Part shown: piece by piece, positions 47,810-55,831 of the stretch | Position numbering within the stretch: position 1 is the first letter of the stretch | Layout of the letters: each line of letters starts with the position of its first letter | Origin: Flavobacteriales bacterium | Lineage (GTDB): Bacteria > Bacteroidota > Bacteroidia > Flavobacteriales_D > Crocinitomicaceae | DNA: 64,000 bases | Reading direction: 5' to 3' | Assembly: GCA_947460825.1 (NCBI GenBank) | Contig: CANHHA010000005.1 | Location: forward strand, 26,026-90,025 | Notes under the pieces: generated by a model | What the model was told of the DNA's origin: nothing | Databases searched by the model: none | What the model saw: only the letters and a program-made list of their open reading frames with translations | Translations under genes and position numbers: made by a program

Positions 47810-49555
47810 TTAATCAAGTGTTTTGATCTGTTCAATTATATTGCCTACGGCTGTTGCAGCGCTGTAATATAGATTGTCTTCACCAGTTAATATGCGAATG
47901 TTAACGTAAAGAGTAATTACATTGGCCTGTGTTTTTTTATGAATCAAGCGTTGAAGTGAGTTGTCCATATTGAGTCCAATGGTATTTTGATCTAAACTAA
48001 AATCTTGAGTGACTTTAATTTGATTTGACCCTGTATATTGAACTTTGGATAATCCTTCTGTTACTTGATTTATCACCTTATTTAATAAAGTTTCTGACGA
48101 TAAAGTAGTTTTTTCAGGGTCCCATCCGACAGTGTTTATATCATTTCCATATTCGAGAATAATATCTTTTCTACCCGAAGCCGCGGAGGATAAAATAATA
48201 AAAAATGTATTTTCATTAAATGAATCAATGTCCTGAAGAAATTCTAACAGTGTTGGATTGAACGTTGTGATATTATTTGCTAGAAAACGTTCATATTCTT
48301 TGGAAGAGTTTCCCCCGATACTTGCACCTGATTTATTTAAAAGTTCGAATTCCCGTGCGATGAAGTTTAGATTTAATCCATTAGCTAAGGTATAAGAGAA
48401 ATGAGAAATCCCACGTTCATTATGTCCAATCGCATTAATTAGCACGATATTACTTTCATCATTGAATTGACGGTATCCATATGCGCAATTCGATTTGAAT
48501 GATTCAATAATGCGAATATCAGAAACGCTGCGTTCAGGGCTTGATTTTAATGCCCGAAATCTCAAACATTGCGCTTCTCGGATGCATTCAAATAATTCAC
48601 TTTCACTCAACAAAAATTTGCTTTGAATGTAGTCCGTTGAGGCATAGCGTGGATGAGTTTTGTATTTAAATTGCTTTCCTCCACCGGTGAGTTTAGCAAA
48701 GTGTTTTTCAATTTTTTTGATGCGTTCATTAATTGCTTGCATTTTTCGTTTTTCTTCCAATTGCTCAATAAAAGCTGAGGCAAGAAGACCTGCTGGGAGT
48801 GCGAAGAGAGCAATTCCAAGCAGTCCATTAACCGTGGCTATAACTTTGCCCATTTCACTAATTGGGTTTTTTACGGCAATGGCTCCATAATCTCCCGTAT
48901 ACTTACCAATAGACCAGATGAATACTTCCAAAATATTTTTGAATGAACTTTCTGTATATGCGTTTTCAAAATGGAATATTAGTGCAGAAAGGGTCAAAGA
49001 CAAGAGTAGAACCCCCAATAGAGAAGTAATTATATCCTCTTTGCGTGCATTGAATGCATTTGAAATTACGTTAAATGAGGGAATGTAACGCGCGATACGC
49101 CATAAACGAAGAATTCTCAATGCACTTAAGCTACTAATAAATGGGATTTCAAAAATGTCTAAGAGAATTGGCGTTAGGCTAAGAAGATCAATAATTCCTA
49201 CAAACGAGAGTAAATAAGATATTTGAGCATTTTTAACATATCCCAAAGATTTTGCATAGAAAAGGCGTAAGGAAAATTCAATTAAAAAGAAAAAGGCAAG
49301 TCCCCACTTCAAGAGCACATGGTTATCAATATAAGAATTACCGCCACTACTTAGAATATAATCCAATGTGCTTACTAAAATTGCGCAAATAATTAATGCG
49401 TTACCAATAAAACTAACCTTAGATCCCCAGATTTCATCATCGAGAATATCAAGTACAATGCGGCCAAATAAGGATTGTTTCGACGTAGAATTTGTTTTTT
49501 CTGATAATTCTGTAAAAGGAAGTGAAAAGAAATCTCGTATTATAGTAAAAATCAT
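47810..49555 (-). CDS. Voltage-gated-like 6-TM ion transport protein fused to a ~300 aa uncharacterised cytoplasmic domain
   Basis: It has S1-S6-like helices, an S4-like LRILRLWRIARY, and a pore region FIWSIGKYTGDYGAI. The filter TGDYG replaces the K+ channel TVGYG. The remaining ~300 aa have no motif I recognise. Confidence 0.7.
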   Translation of the reverse strand: MIFTIIRDFFSLPFTELSEKTNSTSKQSLFGRIVLDILDDEIWGSKVSFIGNALIICAILVSTLDYILSSGGNSYIDNHVLLKWGLAFFFLIEFSLRLFYAKSLGYVKNAQISYLLSFVGIIDLLSLTPILLDIFEIPFISSLSALRILRLWRIARYIPSFNVISNAFNARKEDIITSLLGVLLLSLTLSALIFHFENAYTESSFKNILEVFIWSIGKYTGDYGAIAVKNPISEMGKVIATVNGLLGIALFALPAGLLASAFIEQLEEKRKMQAINERIKKIEKHFAKLTGGGKQFKYKTHPRYASTDYIQSKFLLSESELFECIREAQCLRFRALKSSPERSVSDIRIIESFKSNCAYGYRQFNDESNIVLINAIGHNERGISHFSYTLANGLNLNFIAREFELLNKSGASIGGNSSKEYERFLANNITTFNPTLLEFLQDIDSFNENTFFIILSSAASGRKDIILEYGNDINTVGWDPEKTTLSSETLLNKVINQVTEGLSKVQYTGSNQIKVTQDFSLDQNTIGLNMDNSLQRLIHKKTQANVITLYVNIRILTGEDNLYYSAATAVGNIIEQIKTLD

Positions 49556-49695
49556 ATCAATGTCTCTGGATGTTGTGAGTTATTTTTTCCTTACAAAGGT
49601 AATTCAATCAAGAATAACTGATGATTATGTAAGTAATTAATTAAAAATTCAGTCATATAATTCGCCCAAAGTAAACGAACTACTACCTTTATTTC

Positions 49696-50709
49696 ATGGA
49701 TTCGTTAACACAGATTGTATTAGGAGGCGCAATTGGGGAATTAGTTGCCGGAAGAAAAATGGGGAATAGGGCAGTGCTCTGGGGAGCGATCGCCGGAACT
49801 ATTCCAGACTTAGATGTATTCTTTCGCGTGTTCTATCATCCGATTGAGGCGGCATTGGTTCACCGTGGATTTTCCCACTCCTTACTTTTTTCCCTGTTAC
49901 TATCGCCATTGCTTGGTTTGATATTAAATAGGGTTACGAAGGGAACCCTCGGATTTTGGTTGTGGACGCAGCTGTTTTTTTTGGGAATTGTAACCCACCC
50001 AATTCTCGATATGTTTACCAATTATGGAACTCAATTCCTGTGGCCATTTGAATCAAGAATAACCTTCAATTCAGTATTTGTAATTGACCCCTTATACACG
50101 GTTCCATTTATGGTGCTACTCATTTGGGCGATGCGATTGGATAGAAATAGCGCAACAAGAAGAAGACTAAATCGAATCGGATTGATTTATTCTACCGCTT
50201 ATTTGTTCTTGGGTCTACTGATTAAATGGTTTGTTTGGACGGAATCTCAGGCCTATGTAAAAGCACATCACTTGAAGGTGAATCGCATGATGGTTACGCC
50301 AATGCCTTTTACGTGTTTTTATTGGTATGTGTTAGGGGAGAATAATGATCAATACGTGGTGATGCACCGATCAATTTTTAATGATCAAATCACAGATAAG
50401 CCCGTGGTCATTGACCGTGGACCTTGGAGAATCCGGCATTTATCGTGGGCAGGAACTAATCACAACCGGGACTTACATCGGTTTACTTCGGATTTTTGCT
50501 TAATTCAGGAACAAGGACAAAGGTTGCGTGCCTATGATTTGCGCTTCGGGTATACCGGTAAGTTCACCCAGGAAATAATAAATATCCCGATAATGGGCTA
50601 TGAATTTGCGTTGCGTGATCAGAAGATTGTGAATACCAAGATGCTGCGATTGGCGCCTTGGGGGGCACTCGATTTTAATTATTATTGGAGTAAGGTATTA
50701 GGGAATTAA
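49696..50709 (+). CDS. Membrane-bound metal-dependent hydrolase (YbcI/DUF457 family)
   Basis: The family signature is MDSLTQIVLGGAIGE...GTIPDLDVFF...HRGFSHS. Several TM segments are present. Confidence 0.7.
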   Translation: MDSLTQIVLGGAIGELVAGRKMGNRAVLWGAIAGTIPDLDVFFRVFYHPIEAALVHRGFSHSLLFSLLLSPLLGLILNRVTKGTLGFWLWTQLFFLGIVTHPILDMFTNYGTQFLWPFESRITFNSVFVIDPLYTVPFMVLLIWAMRLDRNSATRRRLNRIGLIYSTAYLFLGLLIKWFVWTESQAYVKAHHLKVNRMMVTPMPFTCFYWYVLGENNDQYVVMHRSIFNDQITDKPVVIDRGPWRIRHLSWAGTNHNRDLHRFTSDFCLIQEQGQRLRAYDLRFGYTGKFTQEIINIPIMGYEFALRDQKIVNTKMLRLAPWGALDFNYYWSKVLGN

Positions 50710-50719
50710 ACGATTATCG

Positions 50720-51253
50720 TTACTCAACTGCTTCTATATATGCTTTGATAGTCGTTAAGTATTCTTTAAATCTAGGGAGGCGATGGGTATCGTTGACTTG
50801 GAGCACCTGTAGTTTATTCGTCGCGTCTGATTTCCATGTTGAATGATTAATAAGTTCATCTTGCATGGGACAAATTAATAGGGCATGCGTAGGGTATTCA
50901 ATCTTAATTAATTGAGGGATTAAGCGTTTGGGGAAATTGAAGTCAATGATTCGTTTTGAAAGATCCAGTAAGGGAGCTGATAAAATTAATTTCGTTTGTA
51001 GTCCATTCAAGGTACGTTTATCCCTCAGCTGATAAGCGAAATTAGCCCCAGTGGAATCTCCAAAAACGATGAGTTGGTTGTTGTTTTCAAATGAGGTGTA
51101 GGTTTGTGATATAAGGCGTTCAATATTTGAATGTTCCGTCCATTCCATGCAATGAAAATCAAACATATCAGGGAAGAAAGCCTGCAAAGCCAGAAATTTA
51201 GTGGAGTTCCGATCAGAGCCTAATCCGTGTATGTATAGCAAGGGTGGGGGCAT
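50720..51253 (-). CDS. YqiA-like small alpha/beta-hydrolase (esterase), gene 10 of the operon
   Basis: It has LLYIHGLGSDRNS, the nucleophile elbow G-D-S-T-G (FGDSTGANFA) and a C-terminal NDTH. The product is 177 aa. Confidence 0.55.
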   Translation of the reverse strand: MPPPLLYIHGLGSDRNSTKFLALQAFFPDMFDFHCMEWTEHSNIERLISQTYTSFENNNQLIVFGDSTGANFAYQLRDKRTLNGLQTKLILSAPLLDLSKRIIDFNFPKRLIPQLIKIEYPTHALLICPMQDELINHSTWKSDATNKLQVLQVNDTHRLPRFKEYLTTIKAYIEAVE

Positions 51254-51262
51254 GTCTTTATG

Positions 51263-51733
51263 TTAATTTGACATATTTGAGTACCCGATCATGGTATTAG
51301 CAAGAATCGTAATTGGTGAACTTAACACGTAACACAACAATACAAAAACGACTCCATGGGTTAAGGCTAAAATGATGTTGTTTTTTCCTAATTCAGCTTT
51401 TTCATTTTCTGGTGTTGTCAAATTCATTAAAAGAAAACTGAAGCGAAATAAAAGAAACGAAAAAACAAAGGCGATCAAGGCAAAAAGTAAATAGAATGCA
51501 ATTGCATTAAACCAATTCCCTGAACTTGTATAAAAAAAGAAGGAACTGACGGCAATTTCTGAAAAATCATGTAAGTTGATTCCAAAACCGATTAAGGTAC
51601 ATATTAACAGAATTCCTGTGGCGTGATTGAGTGGGTTAGTTATTTTTCGAAAAAAAGAGGAGAGAATCCTTGTGGCTAACATCAGGTAGAAAATGGTTAC
51701 CAGTGCCGCAATTATTACATTTAGTGTTTCCAT
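51263..51733 (-). CDS. Small 4-TM membrane protein, gene 9 of the operon
   Basis: The 156 aa product has four hydrophobic helices. I recognise no family. Confidence 0.4.
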   Translation of the reverse strand: METLNVIIAALVTIFYLMLATRILSSFFRKITNPLNHATGILLICTLIGFGINLHDFSEIAVSSFFFYTSSGNWFNAIAFYLLFALIAFVFSFLLFRFSFLLMNLTTPENEKAELGKNNIILALTHGVVFVLLCYVLSSPITILANTMIGYSNMSN

Positions 51734-51745
51734 AGTTATTTATTT

Positions 51746-52669
51746 TTAATTATAAGTTACTTCCCAATTAATCCATACCGACCACATGCGCATATTCCCA
51801 AGTTGAAAGGTGGTAGAATAATTTGTTGTCTCCCAAGGATAATACATTTCACCCCGAAAGGTAAGATGTTTACTAGGAATTACCGGTGGATAACCTGCGA
51901 CCCCTAGCATGGCATGACCGCCTGGAGTTTCATTGTTTGAGTAGGCCGCTATTCCCGTAAGCATTGCCGCACGAACCCCTTGCATTTTTAGCAATGCATA
52001 ACATATCAATGATTTTGTATCGCAATCCCCTGTTCTCGCAAAAATAAATTCTGTTGGAGTATATATAGCAAACGGATGAATGTATCCGCAACATCCACCA
52101 GGTTGACAAGAGCCCTGATTACCACAGCCTTGGCTTTCGATGTAGGTATACTTCGGGGTTTGTATGGCGGTAATCACAAAATCTAATCGTTCCTGTCCCG
52201 TTAACCCTCTTAGGTTCATTTCTTTTACTAATGCCTCATTGAGTCTATACAGTGGGATTTTACATGCACTTATGAAATCACGATAAAGTTGAGCTTCTCC
52301 CGTAAAAATATATCCTTCTCTAAAACCTTTAGCCTTTTGAAGTTCTTCTTCAGGAACGCTAAAAGACACATCGCAAGAATTCCCATCATAGTCTACCCAT
52401 TTCCAATGGATGAATTTCATTTTTCTTCTAAGCGTATCTTTTCTTATTTTATTGGTATCAATAACATCAATAAAATTCGAGGTGTCTTTTGCGATATAGA
52501 ACGAATCAACTGCGACAATGGTAGTATCAAAACGATTATACCAGCGATCGAAATCTTGATCACTAAAAAAGGGGTTATTGAACATAGGGAATACATAAAG
52601 TATTATTAATCCTAAGGTTAACCAAAAGAGCAAATTCAATGACCTGAAAAGTGATTTCTTTTCTTTCAT
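51746..52669 (-). CDS. N-terminally anchored protein with transglutaminase-like Cys-His-Glu core, gene 8 of the operon
   Basis: It has an N-terminal TM (LLFWLTLGLIILYVF) and a Cys-rich stretch (GCGNQGSCQPGGCCG). The motifs GDCDTKSLICYALLKMQG, then GGHAMLGV, then YYPWETT follow. These are shared with the 57961-58911 product. Confidence 0.5.
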   Translation of the reverse strand: MKEKKSLFRSLNLLFWLTLGLIILYVFPMFNNPFFSDQDFDRWYNRFDTTIVAVDSFYIAKDTSNFIDVIDTNKIRKDTLRRKMKFIHWKWVDYDGNSCDVSFSVPEEELQKAKGFREGYIFTGEAQLYRDFISACKIPLYRLNEALVKEMNLRGLTGQERLDFVITAIQTPKYTYIESQGCGNQGSCQPGGCCGYIHPFAIYTPTEFIFARTGDCDTKSLICYALLKMQGVRAAMLTGIAAYSNNETPGGHAMLGVAGYPPVIPSKHLTFRGEMYYPWETTNYSTTFQLGNMRMWSVWINWEVTYN

Positions 52670-53640
52670 TTTGAGCCTAGGGTTTCGGAGTAATTGTATT
52701 CCGTTTCTATGTTGTGTTTAACCCGTTGTATTTCTCGGGTTGAAAGCAAATGCATGAGTAAGCTGGTACTAATTGCATCAATGGTAACATGTTTTAATAA
52801 TTCGCCACCTGATATTTCATCACTTTTCTTCACTAAAATGTAAGGAATTAGAAACACACAAGCAAATAATAAGTCGATCAGTACTTTCGTATTCCCGATA
52901 CCCGCCATTAACACATCAAATGTCATAAGTAAGGAATGGCAATGAATGAGTTTGAACGCTTCTCCCGTTGAATTATCTACCATCTTTAGTGTCCAATAAG
53001 CTTCCATTTTTTGCTCATTAAACGTTGTGTTTCCTTGTTGTTGGTAGTCTTTTGCTAGATGATTCAATTCAGTTGAATGTTTAATTTCTTGAAATTTTTC
53101 ATTGAGTGAGTGTCGGAACATCCAAATTTCAATAGCACTGGCAACAATGAATGATAACAATAAGGCAAGGGAAACAATGGACGCCGAAATTAATAACTGA
53201 GAGAGATGGAACGGATTGGGTTCAGTTTTAATGTGAGATGCACTGGCAGTTATTCTATAATTACTTACAATCTCTAACGCTTCTTCATCTGATAAGGTCG
53301 TCATGTTTAGCCCTTTATAGTCATTGTATAAACTTTCCATATCAGAAAGCTGTTCTTTTAAATTTCTATATCGAGTTTGTAATGAAAGGAATAAAAGTAA
53401 TTGAAGCAATAAAAAAAACACACCACCTAAGAAAATTCCGCAGGCGATTGCCAGTCCCCAATGGTTGAATAAAACAAGACCAAAGATTAGACCCGATGCA
53501 GTACCTAATAACGCTAAAACGATCAACATTAGCCCCAACATATTGAAGATGAATGTTTGCCTGCGCGCTACTTCCTCAGGTAAATGGTTTAGAAGCTCCT
53601 TCCGTATGCCGAATATGTAAGTTCCGATTATCATGGGCAA
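52666..53640 (-). CDS. Polytopic membrane protein, divergent DUF4407-like, gene 7 of the operon
   Basis: It has two N-terminal TMs, a coiled-coil linker and further TMs. FIVASAIEIWMFRHSL parallels LTISAPLETYIFKREI of the 55832-57199 product. It lacks the NLDRF motif. Confidence 0.4.
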   Translation of the reverse strand: MPMIIGTYIFGIRKELLNHLPEEVARRQTFIFNMLGLMLIVLALLGTASGLIFGLVLFNHWGLAIACGIFLGGVFFLLLQLLLFLSLQTRYRNLKEQLSDMESLYNDYKGLNMTTLSDEEALEIVSNYRITASASHIKTEPNPFHLSQLLISASIVSLALLLSFIVASAIEIWMFRHSLNEKFQEIKHSTELNHLAKDYQQQGNTTFNEQKMEAYWTLKMVDNSTGEAFKLIHCHSLLMTFDVLMAGIGNTKVLIDLLFACVFLIPYILVKKSDEISGGELLKHVTIDAISTSLLMHLLSTREIQRVKHNIETEYNYSETLGSK

Positions 53641-54737
53641 AAAATATCAATAGTCCATTCTGTGGTTTCGAATTCCCTACTCGGTATAACCCGCACTAGC
53701 AATTCAGTAGGTTTGTTTTTATTGTAATGGTAATCGAATTTCAATTCACCATTGCCTTGTGCGTACCCCATGGGAACTAAATAATCCAAATTATATTTTT
53801 TCCTATTTACAGTAATTGGATTAAAACGCTGATCGTTAGTAAGGGCAACGAGTTTGCCATCATAAATCACTTCAATCCGATCCGGAATTTCATACATTTC
53901 ATAACGTAAACGCAAAGTGCCGCTCTGTTGACCTAAATCAAAGGTGTACGATTTGGGCGTATTTTTTCCATTGGGATCACTGATTTTACCACACGGTGTT
54001 GTTTCTTTTTTAGTCTTTTCAATCTTTTCTAGGAGTTTGTCTTTCTTTTCCTGAAGTTTTGAAATTTCTTTTTTTTCTTTCCAAGCATCGTAGTAACAAT
54101 GTAAGGTACGCCCGAATTGAGTGCACTGACCGAGCAATCCCAATAGTAGCAGCAATAGTAATAAGTAAAGCAACCATTTTAAGCACCCAGAAGGCGTATT
54201 ACAGCCTCCCGGAGAACATCCGCTAAGGGAGTTTTGGATGCCCTTTCCTAACCCTCGATTACACCCGCCATTCTTTGACCACTTTTGATCGTTCCACTGA
54301 TTTTTAGCATATCTATTTTCCTCGGGCTCATCGCGCGTACCAACGGATTCGTCAAAGTCCATTTGACTCACTTTTGAGAAAACTGTTCCTTTGAGCGTAG
54401 CAATGGTTTTATCATTCATCCGAGTTACTTGGCAAACCTCAACATCCGCTAGTTTCATGCCGTGTAGCGAAAAGATGGCATCATTCGTTAAAGGCCAATA
54501 GGGTGAGCGTTGAATTTCTATGTTTTTTACTTCATTGAAGTTCAATGAGCTCAATGCTTGTTGGTATTCTTCTTCAGTAATTTGTGTGGAATGAGAAATG
54601 ATTCCTCTATGAATCGTGATTTTATGCTCGTTACCAGCGGGGATGATTGATGAAGTAGTCAATGGTTCTTCTTGAAGGGTAGTAAATGTTCCTTCAAATG
54701 CACCTTTAACTAGATATTTATATGCTCCTATTCCCAT
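53631..54737 (-). CDS. Bitopic protein: N-terminal domain, Cys/Gly-rich segment, poly-Leu TM, coiled coil, unknown beta-rich C-terminal domain. Gene 6 of the operon
   Basis: It is a paralog of 54740-55804 over the first ~230 aa. The key segment is GCSPGGCNTPSGCLKWLLYLLLLLLLLGLLGQC followed by KEKKEISKLQEKKDKLLEKIEKTKKE. The C-terminal domain is unrecognised. Confidence 0.5.
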   Translation of the reverse strand: MGIGAYKYLVKGAFEGTFTTLQEEPLTTSSIIPAGNEHKITIHRGIISHSTQITEEEYQQALSSLNFNEVKNIEIQRSPYWPLTNDAIFSLHGMKLADVEVCQVTRMNDKTIATLKGTVFSKVSQMDFDESVGTRDEPEENRYAKNQWNDQKWSKNGGCNRGLGKGIQNSLSGCSPGGCNTPSGCLKWLLYLLLLLLLLGLLGQCTQFGRTLHCYYDAWKEKKEISKLQEKKDKLLEKIEKTKKETTPCGKISDPNGKNTPKSYTFDLGQQSGTLRLRYEMYEIPDRIEVIYDGKLVALTNDQRFNPITVNRKKYNLDYLVPMGYAQGNGELKFDYHYNKNKPTELLVRVIPSREFETTEWTIDIFCP

Positions 54738-54739
54738 GC

Positions 54740-55804
54740 TTATTGCTTTCTTACTCTGATGGTAACTTTCATGTTCTGATTGTATTCACGGGTTCCCCTA
54801 TCATCCATAAATTTGTACAAGGGCATGGGGATTGCATCTTTGTTTTGTCTTCCAACGACAGTAATTCGTTGTTCATCAATACCTTTTAAGGTCAGAATAT
54901 GTTTGATTTTTTCAGCGCGTTTAATATCCAATCCTGTTGATTCAATAGATTTGTCATCTTGATGACCTTCTAACACAAAAGATTTATCGTCATAGGTTTC
55001 AATAACTTCTGCTAGACGATCTACGGTGCCGTTCATTCCTGTGGAATTAATATGGATATCGGTTGAATTTCTATAAAAATAAATGGTAGATACATTTGCT
55101 AAGGCATTTTTTAGATTCAAATCATATTGCTGTTTTGTTTCTTTAACTTCTTTTTCCTTTTCTATTCTTTCCTTTTTGGCAAGATCAGCATTAACACAGG
55201 CCTGCTTATCATTTGCAATGTGATTGCATGCACGAATCAACCCCAAAAGCAAAAGCAACAGGAGAAGTAACCCCAGGATTTTCCAAAAATTCGTTTTACA
55301 CCCCTGATACAACGTGCCACACCCATTAATACCGCTGTTTACGCATCCATTATTCGATTGATACCATGGTTGATTGTCGCTATATCCTGAATCGTTAAAT
55401 GGATCTGGCCTAAGTTTCTTTAGTTGTGGCGAAGCATAGGTTTTACCATAAGCCATCGATTCTACCTCCCCATAGGTTTCGCCATCGATGTCGTAGGTTT
55501 TGATAATCTTAGGTTCTACCAAGATTAATTGAGTAAAGGTAAAAAGTTGATTTCCAATGAACGGGCCATGTTGCCCGGGGTTTATGGTAACGTTTGGGAC
55601 ATTAGAGAGCACAAAACTTTTGAGTTTCCGATAATCTTGAGGTTTGAATTCAGTAAAAAACTCTGAAGCATCAAGGGTTCCTTGATATACTTGTACCGTA
55701 TGGGTGTTATCGGTTGGCGGGCTATCTGCCCGTCCTAAGAACCCACGTTGTTTAGTTTTAAAGTTACCTCTAAACTTACCGTAGACGATATGAGGACCAG
55801 TCAT
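54740..55804 (-). CDS. Bitopic protein with C-terminal OmpA/MotB-like peptidoglycan-binding domain, gene 5 of the operon
   Basis: The central segment is NNGCVNSGINGCGTLYQGCKTNFWKILGLLLLLLLLLGLIRAC followed by a coiled coil. The C-terminal part is OmpA_C-like (IYFYRNSTDI...VLEGHQDD...RAEKIKHILTLKGIDEQRITVVGRQNKD). Confidence 0.6.
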   Translation of the reverse strand: MTGPHIVYGKFRGNFKTKQRGFLGRADSPPTDNTHTVQVYQGTLDASEFFTEFKPQDYRKLKSFVLSNVPNVTINPGQHGPFIGNQLFTFTQLILVEPKIIKTYDIDGETYGEVESMAYGKTYASPQLKKLRPDPFNDSGYSDNQPWYQSNNGCVNSGINGCGTLYQGCKTNFWKILGLLLLLLLLLGLIRACNHIANDKQACVNADLAKKERIEKEKEVKETKQQYDLNLKNALANVSTIYFYRNSTDIHINSTGMNGTVDRLAEVIETYDDKSFVLEGHQDDKSIESTGLDIKRAEKIKHILTLKGIDEQRITVVGRQNKDAIPMPLYKFMDDRGTREYNQNMKVTIRVRKQ

Positions 55805-55831
55805 TTAATCAAAATATAGGGATGACTTCGC

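Noticed and set aside
54140-55270. Poly-leucine runs in the two bitopic paralogs as possible slipped-strand (phase-variable) repeats
   Set aside because: The Leu codons are heterogeneous (TTA/CTT/CTC/CTG/TTG/CTA), so there is no DNA-level tandem repeat to slip.
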